DNA of 64,000 nt from an uncultured Gemmatimonadales bacterium (GTDB lineage: Bacteria; Gemmatimonadota; Gemmatimonadetes; Gemmatimonadales; GWC2-71-9), in contig CAWCVB010000005.1 of the NCBI GenBank assembly GCA_963798915.1, positions 453,158-517,157 of the forward strand, in the 5' to 3' direction. Under the pieces are notes generated by a model. It was not told where the DNA came from and did not search any database. It saw only the letters and a list, made by a program, of their open reading frames with translations. The translations under genes were made by a program, and so were the position numbers. Every line of letters starts with the position of its first letter. Positions within the stretch are counted from its first letter, which is position 1. Below are positions 1 to 9,893 of the stretch, piece after piece.

Positions 1-999
1 CGAGAAGATCTGCTCGCCAGTCAGGGTGTCGGTATGCTGATAGGCATTGACGTGGCATCCGGCGCAGAGCCGCGGATTCCGCTCGGACGCATGGGACGTG
101 AAGATCCGGGACGTGTCATATGCAAACCCGGCAGGGCGGTAGCCAGCGGTACCGAGAAGTACGGCGCCCTGCGGCGCGTGTGGCGTCGTTCCATGGCTCC
201 CGCCGGCAGGTTCGGAGCGCCGGATGTGGCAGCGCATGCACAGGTTCAGCTCGGGATCCGGATTGGAGATCGAGAACCGGAGCTGCGACTCGTTGGGCGA
301 CCCATGCGGATCATGGCAGACTGCACACGTGGTGGCCATGGGTGTCGCGTCGTCATGTTCCACAAAGTTGGCATCCGCGTTCCAGGCTCGCAGGACCCCC
401 TTGCCCTCGTGGCAGCTCTGGCATTCGGCGCGACTCGCCGGCGAGGCAACCACCTGCGCATGGGCGGATTGTTTCCACTCATCGGCGAAGGGATTGTGGC
501 CGCCCGAGTGGCACGCGGCGCAACTGGCAGCAGAATCATCCAGCGTCATGTGCGCCAACGGCACGTTACCGGGCAGGTCGGGGGCCTGCACATGCTCCAG
601 CCCAGGGCCATGGCAGTTTTCGCACTGGACGTTATGGTAGGCCGAATCCTCGACCAGATTCCAGCCGGCCGGTCCGGTGAGGCCGTTACCCTTCTCGTTC
701 AGGGTATGGCAGCCAAAGCAGCTGGGCTGCGAATGACCCGAGTTGATCAGCGTGGCATAGGCCTCGGCGTGCGCTGAGGTCTTCCAGTCCTTCCCGTGCT
801 CGACATGGCAATTGCCACACGTCGTCTGGTTGCTGGCGACGTCGAACAGGCCAAGGAAGCCATTGATGCTGTCAGGTGGCGGGTTGAACGGCGGGCGGTC
901 CCGGAAGACGATCTTGTCGGAACCGCAGCCTACGAGCAAGGCGAGGGCCGTCAGGGTGAAACAGAGGAAGCTGGCACGGCGTCGGCTTGGCGCAGTCAT
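1..999 (-). CDS. Multiheme c-type cytochrome lipoprotein (at least 8 hemes; runs off the window edge)
   Basis: Not in the ORF track. Manual translation from ATG at 999 gives MTAPSRRRASFLCFTLTALALLVGC (lipobox), then CxxCH motifs CGNCH, CFGCH, CENCH, CAACH, CQSCH, CAVCH, CMRCH, CAGCH. Frame is open to position 1. Confidence 0.92.
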   Translation of the reverse strand, partial: MTAPSRRRASFLCFTLTALALLVGCGSDKIVFRDRPPFNPPPDSINGFLGLFDVASNQTTCGNCHVEHGKDWKTSAHAEAYATLINSGHSQPSCFGCHTLNEKGNGLTGPAGWNLVEDSAYHNVQCENCHGPGLEHVQAPDLPGNVPLAHMTLDDSAASCAACHSGGHNPFADEWKQSAHAQVVASPASRAECQSCHEGKGVLRAWNADANFVEHDDATPMATTCAVCHDPHGSPNESQLRFSISNPDPELNLCMRCHIRRSEPAGGSHGTTPHAPQGAVLLGTAGYRPAGFAYDTSRIFTSHASERNPRLCAGCHVNAYQHTDTLTGEQIFS

Positions 1000-1179
1000 A
1001 TTTGACCCTTGAGAGGGAATCTGCATACAATACCTACGGACATCTGCGGAGTTTCGCAAGCGCTGTGGGTATCCCATGAGCGGATCGTCACATATTCTTC
1101 ATGAAATCTGCGCTTCCCGGCCCCACTCTTCATTGTTACAACCACACGGTCGTCGTCTCGTTATTCTAGGGGCTCTGTG

Positions 1180-1864
1180 ATGAATCCACGGTTCTGCTCG
1201 GCGTGCGGGAGTCAGCTTCGGCCCGGCGGCCGCTTCTGCGGCGCATGCGGAGCGCCAGCCGATGGCGTCCCGGTGACGGCCTCAGGCGGAATGCGCCGCG
1301 TCGCCGGTCATCCTGGGTGCACTGGTGGTGCTGACCGGGGTGGTGCTGCTGGCTCGGTCCCAGCGGCGGCCAGCGGAGCCGGACTCGTCGTTGGCATCGG
1401 CCGCCGGCGCCGGGGCGGTCATGCCACCTGACATCAGTGGCATGTCGCCGCGCGAACGGTTTGACCGACTGTACAACCGCAGCATGACGGCAGCCGAAGC
1501 GGGCGATGCATCCACCCTGTCCACTTTTGCACCAATGGCCTTGCTGGCGTATGCCCAGCTCGACACCGTGGATGCCGATGCGCGCTATCATGCGGCCATG
1601 CTCCGGCTGCACACCGGAGACGTGCCCGGCGCTGCGGCGCTGGCCGATTCGATTCTGGCTGCAACGCCGGGCCACCTCTTCGGATACGTGATCCAGTTGA
1701 CCGTGGCGCGCTGGCGGAAGGATACCGCCGCCGCCGCCGCCGCCCAGCGTGCCTTTGCGGCCCACTACGACGCCGAACTCCAGGCGGGCCGACCGGAGTA
1801 CGCCGAGCACCGGACCATACTGGATGACACCCGCCGTGGCGCCTCGGCCACCGTATCGAACTGA
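1180..1864 (+). CDS. Double zinc-ribbon membrane protein (apparent frameshift near 1290-1310)
   Basis: The N-terminal CSACG...FCGACG ribbon (ORF 1177..1431) joins a TM segment plus helical domain (ORF 1325..1864) by a single frame change. First gene of the ccm operon. Confidence 0.6.
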
Positions 1865-1942
1865 CGGGCCGGCGTCCATGCTGCTATGTTGCACGTGATT
1901 GCCCGGACGACGGGCATGACTGCCTCCCGGAGATAGGTCGAC

Positions 1943-2371
1943 ATGAAAGCCGGAACCAAATTCCTGGTCGGGGCTGCGGTGATCGTCGCCGCGGTCAGCT
2001 GGCTCATCGTGGCTGGCGTGCGCGAGACCGGTGTCTACTACCTCACGCCCACTGAGCTGGCTCAACGGGCCTCGGTGGACTCGAGCTACTTCGGTCTTGG
2101 TGTACGGGTCGGCGGCGCCAAGGTCGTGCCGGGCTCCGTGACCCGGAACGTCGCGTCGCAGGACATCGACTTCCGCATTTCGGACGGCCGTCAACAGTAC
2201 CCCGTGCACTATCACGGGATCGTACCCGACACCTTCACGGGTGCCGACGACATCGAGGTCATCGTTGATGGAAGCCTGGGGCATGATGGGGTCATACGCG
2301 CCACCGAAGTGCTGGCGAAATGCGGGTCGCGCTACGAGGCGGCGGCCGAGGACGCGCGCCGCCAGGCCTGA
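1943..2371 (+). CDS. ccmE: Cytochrome c maturation heme chaperone CcmE (Cys-type, CxxxY)
   Basis: N-terminal TM, YYLTPTE, PDTF, and VLAKCGSRY motif. Directly upstream of ccmF. Confidence 0.92.
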   Translation: MKAGTKFLVGAAVIVAAVSWLIVAGVRETGVYYLTPTELAQRASVDSSYFGLGVRVGGAKVVPGSVTRNVASQDIDFRISDGRQQYPVHYHGIVPDTFTGADDIEVIVDGSLGHDGVIRATEVLAKCGSRYEAAAEDARRQA

Positions 2372-2377
2372 CGCACA

Positions 2378-4420
2378 ATGACCTTTCTCGGACAGTTCGC
2401 CCTCTGGACGGCGTTCCTGGTTGGTCTCTGGGGCGCCGTCGTGTCATTCTCCGGGCGCTGGCGCGAGCGGCCCGAGCTGGCGCGCAGCGTGCGCCGCTCG
2501 GTGTTCATGGTGTTCGCGGCCCTGGCCGTGGCGTCGCTGTGCCTCTGGAAGGGCCTGCTCGCGCACGATTTCAACATCGAGTACGTCTGGTCCTACACCT
2601 CGCGCAACCTGCCGACCTACTTTGTGGTGTCCGCGTTCTGGGCGGGGCAGAAGGGATCGCTGCTCTTCTGGGCCGTGGTGCTCTCCACCTTCGCAGCACT
2701 CGCGCAATTGCTGACGGCGCGCCGGCATGCGCACCTCCTCCCATACGTGGCCGGCGTTACCAACTCGGTGGTGGCGTTCTTCGTGAGCGTCATGATCTTC
2801 GCTGCCAATCCCTTCAGCCGCCTGGACTTCACCCCGCTCGACGGTCACGGCCTGAATCCCCAGCTCCAGAACGTGGGCATGGTGATCCATCCGCCGATGC
2901 TCTACCTGGGCTACATCAGTGTCACGATTCCGTTTGCCTTTGCGGTGGCCGCGCTGCTCTCGCGCCGAATTGATTCGGGCTGGGTGGTCGCGATTCGCAA
3001 GTGGACCCTCGTGTCCTGGCTGTTCCTCTCGATCGGCATCACGCTGGGGATGTGGTGGGCCTACGTTGAACTCGGCTGGGGCGGCTACTGGGCGTGGGAT
3101 CCGGTCGAGAATGCCAGCTTCCTGCCCTGGCTCACGATGACGGCCTTTTTGCATTCGGTGATGATTCAGGAAAAGCGCGGGATGCTGAAGCGCTGGAACC
3201 TTGGCCTCGTGGTGGGCTCGTTCCTGCTGAGCATCTTCGGCACGTTCATCACCCGCTCGGGTGTCATTGCCAGCGTGCACAGTTTCACCCAATCCAACGT
3301 GGGCTATTTCTTCCTGGGTTTCCTGGCAATCGCGGGCGCGTTCTCGTACACGCTGCTGTACACCAGGTGGCCGTCGCTGGAACCCGACAGTCAACTGGAG
3401 AGCATGCTGAGCCGGGAGGCCGCCTTTCTCTTCAATAATCTGGTGCTAGTCGGGATCGCGTTCTCCGTCCTCTGGGGCACGCTCTTCCCGATTCTCTCGG
3501 AGTTGGTGCGAAACACCAAGATCACGGTCGGTCCGCCCTTCTTCAACAAGGTAAACATCCCGCTCGGGCTGCTGTTGCTGGCGCTGACCGGCATCGGGCC
3601 CCTCATCGCCTGGCGCCGGGCATCCCGCGCCAACCTCCGGCGCCAGTTCACGGTGCCGCTGGGCGCGGGGCTTGGCACGGGCCTGGTGCTGCTCATTGCG
3701 GGCATGCGAGACCCGTACCCGATCATGGCCCTGGCCCTGGGCGGTTTCGTCACCGGCACGATCGGACAGGAGTTCTTCCGGGGGGTGCGTGCCCGGCGGC
3801 GGATGCACGGTGAGGGCGTGGTCGGAGCGCTGTTCCACCTGATTGCACGTAATCGGCGCCGCTACGGTGGCTACATCGTGCACGTGGCGATCGTCATCTA
3901 CTTCGTCGCCTTTACCGGGATGGCGTTCAAGCGCGAGCGCGAAGCAACCTTGAAGCCGGGCCAGAGCATCCAGCTTGCCAGCCCCTTCGGCCATAACTAC
4001 ACGCTGACGCATGTGGGAGTCTCGCAATACAAGGCCTTGAACCGGTTTGTGACGGCCGCGAGCGTGCGCGTGAGCCGGGATGGCAAGGACCTCGGCATCA
4101 TGACCTCCGAGAAGCGCCAGCATTTCACGGTGGAGAACGGCCAGGAAGTGGCCTCCTTCGAGCCGAGCACGGAGGTGGCAATCCGCAGCGACCTGCGCGA
4201 AGACCTGTATATCGTGTTTGCGGGCGCCGTCGATGGCACCGAAGAGGCGGTCTACCGCTTCACCATCAATCCGCTGGTCTGGTGGGTCTGGTACGGAGGC
4301 GTCCTGCTTGCGATTGGCGGCCTGATCACGATGTGGCCGGGAGAGCCGCCGGGCACGACGCCCACACGCACGCAGGCAGGTTACACCGTGACGCTGGAAG
4401 GAGCTGGTGCCAGTGCCTGA
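2378..4420 (+). CDS. ccmF: Heme lyase CcmF/NrfE family
   Basis: WWD domain WAYVELGWGGYWAWDPVENASFLPWL, IHPPMLYLGY, SVHSF. Many TM helices. Confidence 0.96.
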   Translation: MTFLGQFALWTAFLVGLWGAVVSFSGRWRERPELARSVRRSVFMVFAALAVASLCLWKGLLAHDFNIEYVWSYTSRNLPTYFVVSAFWAGQKGSLLFWAVVLSTFAALAQLLTARRHAHLLPYVAGVTNSVVAFFVSVMIFAANPFSRLDFTPLDGHGLNPQLQNVGMVIHPPMLYLGYISVTIPFAFAVAALLSRRIDSGWVVAIRKWTLVSWLFLSIGITLGMWWAYVELGWGGYWAWDPVENASFLPWLTMTAFLHSVMIQEKRGMLKRWNLGLVVGSFLLSIFGTFITRSGVIASVHSFTQSNVGYFFLGFLAIAGAFSYTLLYTRWPSLEPDSQLESMLSREAAFLFNNLVLVGIAFSVLWGTLFPILSELVRNTKITVGPPFFNKVNIPLGLLLLALTGIGPLIAWRRASRANLRRQFTVPLGAGLGTGLVLLIAGMRDPYPIMALALGGFVTGTIGQEFFRGVRARRRMHGEGVVGALFHLIARNRRRYGGYIVHVAIVIYFVAFTGMAFKREREATLKPGQSIQLASPFGHNYTLTHVGVSQYKALNRFVTAASVRVSRDGKDLGIMTSEKRQHFTVENGQEVASFEPSTEVAIRSDLREDLYIVFAGAVDGTEEAVYRFTINPLVWWVWYGGVLLAIGGLITMWPGEPPGTTPTRTQAGYTVTLEGAGASA

Positions 4421-5015
4421 GCTGGACGCAACGATGACCCGCCGCGGTTTGCTGGTCGGACTCCTCACGACCGGTGGCGCTGCCATGCTGGGGGCGCAGA
4501 CCCAGTCCCAGGGTGACAGCCTCGCGGGTGGCGGCTCCATTGGCACCCTCGGGGCGCCGGGCCTGGCCGGGCGGCCCATGGCCCCGACCACCGCGGCTGA
4601 CAACGACCTTGCCATTCAGGCGCTCGAAAAGCGGCTGCGCTGCTCCTGCGGATGCGGACTCGACATCTACACCTGCCGCACGACTGATTTCACCTGCACC
4701 TACTCACCGCAGCTCCATCGCGAGATCATGGAGTTCTGGAACAACGGCCAGTCAGCCGACCAGATCATCGCAGCGTTTGTCCAGGAGTATGGCGAGAAGG
4801 CACTGATGGCGCCGCCGCCCCGCGGCTTCAATCTGGCCGGATATCTGGTCCCGGGCATTCTCATTCTCATGCTGGGTGCCGTGCTCGCGTGGGTGCTGTT
4901 GCGCCGGCGGGCGCTGGTGGCGCCCGAGGGCGTGGCGGAACCACGGGCGATCGATGCCTCCGAAGCCGAGCTGGCAGAATTGAAGCGCGCCATCTCCGAC
5001 GCGGATGCGGGATGA
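4407..5015 (+). CDS. ccmH: Cytochrome c biogenesis protein CcmH/CcmL-like
   Basis: LRCSCGC motif, IIAAFVQEYGEKALMAPP, C-terminal TM. Overlaps the ccmF stop. Exact start uncertain (4407, 4413 or 4434). Confidence 0.8.
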   Translation: MPVPELDATMTRRGLLVGLLTTGGAAMLGAQTQSQGDSLAGGGSIGTLGAPGLAGRPMAPTTAADNDLAIQALEKRLRCSCGCGLDIYTCRTTDFTCTYSPQLHREIMEFWNNGQSADQIIAAFVQEYGEKALMAPPPRGFNLAGYLVPGILILMLGAVLAWVLLRRRALVAPEGVAEPRAIDASEAELAELKRAISDADAG

Positions 5016-5497
5016 TCTGGGAACTGATCGGTGCACTGGCGCTGGGAGCCGCCGCCGTCTGGTTTGTACTTGCTCCGGTGGGCCAGCCACTTGCGCCCGA
5101 ACGCGCCCGGCCTGCGGATCCCTTTGACGTAGACGAAACCCCACGCTCGCGCGCTGTCGAGGCGTTGCGCGAAATCGAGTTTGATCGCGCCACCGGCAAG
5201 CTGTCGGACGCAGACTACGCCGCGCTCAAGTCCCGCTATACCGGCCTCGCGGTGCAGGCGATGCGACAGGAACGTGCGGCTGCGCCGGACGATGCCGACC
5301 TCGAGGCAATGATTGCCGCTCGACGAGGGCAGGCGTCCAGCGCCTGCGAGACCTGTGGGCCTCGCCCGGAGCCCGATGCGGTGTTCTGTTCGACCTGCGG
5401 CGGCCGGCTCGCGACCGGCCGCCTGTGCATGTCGTGCGCCGCCCCGGTGCCCGCTGACGGCGTATTCTGCGAGCGTTGTGGAGCCCGCGCCGCCTAG
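5012..5497 (+). CDS. CcmI-N-like membrane protein with C-terminal double zinc ribbon
   Basis: ATGA overlap with ccmH. TM, then LREIEFDRATGKLSDADYAALKSRY, then four CxxC pairs. Confidence 0.75.
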   Translation: MIWELIGALALGAAAVWFVLAPVGQPLAPERARPADPFDVDETPRSRAVEALREIEFDRATGKLSDADYAALKSRYTGLAVQAMRQERAAAPDDADLEAMIAARRGQASSACETCGPRPEPDAVFCSTCGGRLATGRLCMSCAAPVPADGVFCERCGARAA

Positions 5498-5498
5498 T

Positions 5499-6092
5499 CT
5501 ACATCCGAATCAGCACTCCCATTTCCATCCGCACCCAGGCCATGGCCGTTCGCCGGTATCCCTCGGCCAGGTCGTCACCGCTGAACACGCTCTGCGAGAT
5601 GCCTGACGTCAGCCGGTTCTCGAATCGGAGCGGCCCCGTGCCGAAGCGCAGGGCGATGCCGGCGCCAGCGCCCAGACGGGTTCGTCGGCTTGCACTGCTC
5701 AACGTCCAGATGTCACCGCGGACTGCGAGGTCCAGCAGGAGCGTGGCCCCGCCGGTGCGGTGTACCGGATGCGCCAGCGACAGCACCACGCCGGTGCGCG
5801 AAAACGGCACTGCAGAGAGCTGAACAGCCGATGCGGAATCCGACGCCCGGAGAGCCGAGGGCTGCACTTCCACGGCGAGACCAAACTCAAGGCTGCCGGC
5901 ACTGCGACGCACCCCCACGTCCGCACCCAGCCCTGGGCCAGGTCCAAAGCTGGTGCCGTCACGGTGTGCAGCCGGACTGAACCAGGTCTGACCGATGGCG
6001 CCCGTGGTCCACCAGCCGTGCTCCTGGGCCCTGCCTGCGCTCGGCAGGGCCAGCAGGAGTACGGCGACCGGTGCGATGGTGACCCGGTTCAT
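5499..6092 (-). CDS. Putative outer-membrane beta-barrel protein
   Basis: Signal peptide MNRVTIAPVAVLLLALPSAGRA and alternating beta-strand pattern. ATGA overlap with the upstream gene. Confidence 0.55.
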   Translation of the reverse strand: MNRVTIAPVAVLLLALPSAGRAQEHGWWTTGAIGQTWFSPAAHRDGTSFGPGPGLGADVGVRRSAGSLEFGLAVEVQPSALRASDSASAVQLSAVPFSRTGVVLSLAHPVHRTGGATLLLDLAVRGDIWTLSSASRRTRLGAGAGIALRFGTGPLRFENRLTSGISQSVFSGDDLAEGYRRTAMAWVRMEMGVLIRM

Positions 6093-7306
6093 CGCATCTC
6101 CAACGCGATGTACCCATTGGTCTCGGCGTTCTTGCCCTTGATGATCCAGTTGTAGCCGGCGTGCCGCTCGGTCGTGGTGATATCCTCCACCGCATTGCCG
6201 ATCAGGTCGTCGTTGGTCTTGATCAGCGAGCTTCCCAGCGACACAACTTGCTGCACCACCGGCAGATATTTCCAGACCTTGCCGTACCATGTGGTAACGT
6301 CGTTTCCGCCGGCAAGCCCCTTTACGAGCGCGTCCACGGCCTGGATGATCGACTTCAGGTCGGTCTGACTGGCCTTCATGACGCAGGGCGTGTCATCGTC
6401 CTCCACAAAGAAGAGCCGGAGCGCCTGGCCGGGGTGGGCGACCTTGAAGTTGTCCAGCTGTGCCTGGCTCATCAGCAACGCGGAGCCGATCCAGTCCTTG
6501 TTGTCCTGATTGAAGGAATAGGGCGCGACGGCTCGTTCGTTGATGCACTGGTACGAGGTGAGTGAATCCGTGCTCCCCTTTTGGCCGAGCACTGAGATCT
6601 CGATCTCCGGCGCACCCTTGAGCCAGGACTCGAAGGTGCTGTTGAGGTGACTCTGCGTGAGGTACAAGCCCGGCACCGGGCCGGATGACGTACTGACGCC
6701 GGAGGAGGTGCCGCCGCCGGACGATGTACCACCGCCGTCACAGTCGGTACACATCGCAAACGACAGGCTGCGCCGCCTGATCGCATTGAAGTCGGTTTCC
6801 CGCGGCACGACGGCCAGGACCGGGACATCAGGCGGGTGGTCGGGATCCAGGGCGATGCGCTTGCCATCGAGTGTGAACCCGACTGGGAGCGTTCCGTCGG
6901 CGCCGATGGTGCCCACCAGCAGATCGGGCCCTCCGTCCCATTTCGCGCGATGCTGCGGCACGGGGAAATAGACCTCCAGCTGCGCTGCGGCGGCCATGTC
7001 CACCGCGGCCCCGTCGGCACTGTGCAGGGCGGTGGCACCTCGCCCACCCGCCGCGGCCAGGAACCGGTCGACCGCGAGTTTGCCTTCGGGCACGGAGGCG
7101 CTGTCCAGTGCCTGATGGATATACGCACGAAAATCCTCGTGAGCGAGCGCCCGGGAAAACCGGCGGGCAAGTTGCTCCCGCTGGATGTCCTGGTTGGCGC
7201 TCGCAGTCCGAGCTACGGCAGGGGTATCTGACTCCAGGACGGGCGATTCCGTTCCGGTGCTGCATGCCACGGCGATCAGGAGCAGTGGCAGAAGTGACTT
7301 CCTCAT
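6089..7306 (-). CDS. Lipoprotein, DUF3103-like
   Basis: Lipobox IAVAC and GGAGG RBS. Motifs LDPDHPPDVPVLAV and ESWLKGAPEI resemble DUF3103 (family assignment is from memory). Confidence 0.55.
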   Translation of the reverse strand: MRKSLLPLLLIAVACSTGTESPVLESDTPAVARTASANQDIQREQLARRFSRALAHEDFRAYIHQALDSASVPEGKLAVDRFLAAAGGRGATALHSADGAAVDMAAAAQLEVYFPVPQHRAKWDGGPDLLVGTIGADGTLPVGFTLDGKRIALDPDHPPDVPVLAVVPRETDFNAIRRRSLSFAMCTDCDGGGTSSGGGTSSGVSTSSGPVPGLYLTQSHLNSTFESWLKGAPEIEISVLGQKGSTDSLTSYQCINERAVAPYSFNQDNKDWIGSALLMSQAQLDNFKVAHPGQALRLFFVEDDDTPCVMKASQTDLKSIIQAVDALVKGLAGGNDVTTWYGKVWKYLPVVQQVVSLGSSLIKTNDDLIGNAVEDITTTERHAGYNWIIKGKNAETNGYIALEMR

Positions 7307-7420
7307 GGTGTCCTCCGGTGGAGTGAAGCTCCAAGCTCGGAAGGACCGCCATGGTTACCGGTACCGGAGAAACGCGTCCGGTGTTGTAAAAATGAGGTGG
7401 GAGATTGCTGCGAGGTTTGT

Positions 7421-9142
7421 CTAGTGCTCGATCTGCTCCAGCCGGCGCACGGCCAGACTGAGTGAAATCACCGCCGTGCATCCGCAGAGCAGCAGCACGG
7501 CGCCCAGCGCCAGCACCAGCCCGGGCGAGAGTCTGAAGGATTCGCCAGCCTGGTGGGCCCGCATGTACGCGCTGACCGGAATGGCCTCGACCGCAATGAG
7601 AAGGCCGAGCAGCGCAATGCCGCTCATCATGAACACCAGCCCGCCGAAGCTGGTCGGTATCTGGGCCGCGTTCTCAGTGTCGAACTTCGGGTAGAAGGCA
7701 CCCAGACAGAGTGCCAGGGCACTGGCCGCGACGGCGAAGGAGAGGATCGTGCCGCAGCTCACCAGCATCATGAACGACGAGGCATGCAGCAGCAGGTTGG
7801 TGGTGATCGTGATCAGGAGCGCCAGGACGGCGAGCGGGGTGACGCCGAGCCAGAATTTGCTCAGCAGCAGCGTGCGCAAGCGCAACGGACTGGACTGAAT
7901 GAGCCAGAGCTGGCGGCCCTCAAGCGAGACGGACGGGAAAATGAACCGGGCCGCCACGGCCGTGAGCACGAACCCGGCCAACCCCAGGTTCAGGAACACG
8001 ATGATGGTCACCAGAAAGAATGGGACCTTTTCGCCCGAAAACAGCGGCAGCGACTGGATGTTGAAGACGTACACCACGACCAGCACACCCAGCAGGATCA
8101 ACTGGCTCCACTGGGTTGGATCCCGAAAGAACACCCGCACGTCCTTGAGCAGGAACTCTCGCCGAGCGGGGCCCATGCCTCCCATGAAGCGGCTGATGAT
8201 GGCCGACCATGAACGTCCGCGGACAAAGCGCTCGGCACCTTCCTGGGACTTGCTGTACCCATCGCGAAAGAGCCGGCCGTGGAGCCACCCGCCCATCATG
8301 ACGAATGCAGCAGCCGTGGTCACGAGGAGCAGAATCGGCAAGGGGTCCGCGATGTGGCGGAGCCAGTTCATGATCATGTCCGACGCCCACTGCGTCGGCA
8401 GAAAGGGGTTGGTTGGCGCCCGGAGAACGGCGAGAAAATCCACCAGGCTCTCAAAGCCCTCAGGACGGGCCAGCCGCTCCGGCCGTACGAGGCGGAACAG
8501 CAGCGCCACGCCGCCGGCCGCGCCCAGGGCCACCAGGGTGAGCAGGTCCCGGATGCGCCGCGCGGGGAAGACATTCACCAGCAGCAACGTGATCCCGGCG
8601 CCAACGACGGCTGGCAGAATGATGAACGGCAGCAGTGCCGCCATCGCGACGAAGGGGAACAGCGGCCCGCCATGGAAGACGATGCCATAGGCGGTGAGGA
8701 TGGGCACTGCCATCAACAGCACCATCCAGGAGCTGTGCCCTGCGGTCTCGAGCAGCTTGGCAAGGTACAGGCGGAACCAGTGCAGCGGTGCGGCCACCAG
8801 CAGGTCGAGGTCGCGTGCCAGGAAGAAGCTGGAGAGCGACGTGATCAGGTTCGACAGCAGCAGGATGGCGGCGAAGGCGAGGAAGATGACACCCAGCATC
8901 TTGGAGGCGAGGAGCACGCCGATTTCCTGGGTGCCGACATACCGGAGCACCCGGTAGCAGATCCCGAAGGCGGCAGTCCAGAACAGGGCGCCCACGATCA
9001 GGAAAAGGAGCATGCGAGTGCCGCGGCCATGCCGCCTGCTGCGGCTCCGCGCAAGCGCGCTGCGCCACTTGGGAGCGAGGACGTCACCGAGGCTGGGCTG
9101 ATGCGGCACCTGCCGCACCGAGACGGGGAGGCCGCTATTCAT
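7421..9142 (-). CDS. Putative ABC transporter permease (multi-TM)
   Basis: Many TM segments, FFLARDLDLLVAAPL, KDVRVFFRDPTQWSQL, SVSLEGRQLWLIQSSPL. Follows the ABC ATPase. Confidence 0.85.
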   Translation of the reverse strand: MNSGLPVSVRQVPHQPSLGDVLAPKWRSALARSRSRRHGRGTRMLLFLIVGALFWTAAFGICYRVLRYVGTQEIGVLLASKMLGVIFLAFAAILLLSNLITSLSSFFLARDLDLLVAAPLHWFRLYLAKLLETAGHSSWMVLLMAVPILTAYGIVFHGGPLFPFVAMAALLPFIILPAVVGAGITLLLVNVFPARRIRDLLTLVALGAAGGVALLFRLVRPERLARPEGFESLVDFLAVLRAPTNPFLPTQWASDMIMNWLRHIADPLPILLLVTTAAAFVMMGGWLHGRLFRDGYSKSQEGAERFVRGRSWSAIISRFMGGMGPARREFLLKDVRVFFRDPTQWSQLILLGVLVVVYVFNIQSLPLFSGEKVPFFLVTIIVFLNLGLAGFVLTAVAARFIFPSVSLEGRQLWLIQSSPLRLRTLLLSKFWLGVTPLAVLALLITITTNLLLHASSFMMLVSCGTILSFAVAASALALCLGAFYPKFDTENAAQIPTSFGGLVFMMSGIALLGLLIAVEAIPVSAYMRAHQAGESFRLSPGLVLALGAVLLLCGCTAVISLSLAVRRLEQIEH

Positions 9143-9893
9143 CAAAGATGGCGTCGAGGCCGACACCCTGAAGGCCGCCCGTGAGGCGCAGGAACAGCGC
9201 TTCCAGGCTTTCGTCGCCGGCAATGCTTTGCCGACGAAGCTCGGTCATGGTGCCCTCGGCAATGAGTTGGCCGCGCTGGACGATGGCGATCCGGTCGCAC
9301 ATCCCCTCAGCCACCTCCAACGTGTGGGTGCTCATCAGGATGGTGCCGCCCCGATCGACATAGGCCCGGAAGAGATCCTTCAGCGTCCTCGCGCTCTTCG
9401 GGTCCAGGCCGACCATCGGCTCATCAACGATGATGACTTCAGGCCGATGCGCAAAGGCGCTGGAGATGATCAGCTTCTGACGCATCCCATGGCTGTAGCT
9501 CTCGGTCAGTTCATCCCGCCACGGCGTCAGCTCAAAAACTTCCAGCAGTTCATTCATCCTGCGTTCGACGCCGGCACCTTCCTGGCCGTACAGGGCGGCC
9601 ACGAACCGGACGAACTCGGCCCCGGTCAGTTTCTCGTACACGTACGGGCGATCGGGGATGTAGCCGATCATCTGCTTGATGACCTGCGGCTTCTCCCAGG
9701 TCGGAACGCCGCCGATACGGATCTCGCCGGATGTTGGCCGGAGGATCTGGGCAATCATCCTCATGGTGGTCGTCTTGCCCGCGCCGTTGGGGCCAAGGAA
9801 CCCGTACAGCGTGCCTCTTGGCACCTTGAGGGACAAGTCATCGACGGCGGTAAAGTTGCCATAGTGCTTGACGAGGTGCTCGACTTCGATCAT
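9135..9893 (-). CDS. ABC transporter ATP-binding protein
   Basis: Walker A GPNGAGKTT, signature YSHGMRQK, Walker B IIVDEP, H-loop STH. Confidence 0.95.
   Translation of the reverse strand: MIEVEHLVKHYGNFTAVDDLSLKVPRGTLYGFLGPNGAGKTTTMRMIAQILRPTSGEIRIGGVPTWEKPQVIKQMIGYIPDRPYVYEKLTGAEFVRFVAALYGQEGAGVERRMNELLEVFELTPWRDELTESYSHGMRQKLIISSAFAHRPEVIIVDEPMVGLDPKSARTLKDLFRAYVDRGGTILMSTHTLEVAEGMCDRIAIVQRGQLIAEGTMTELRRQSIAGDESLEALFLRLTGGLQGVGLDAIFDE

Noticed and set aside
34..1012. Plus-strand ORFs 34..777, 120..680 and 796..1005
   Set aside because: Shadow frames of the minus-strand multiheme cytochrome.
1075..1092. Rex/CRP-like operator (CATGA-N8-TCACA) in the cytochrome/ccm divergent region
   Set aside because: The half-site spacing of 8 does not match the 6-nt spacing of these regulators, and the left half-site is weak.
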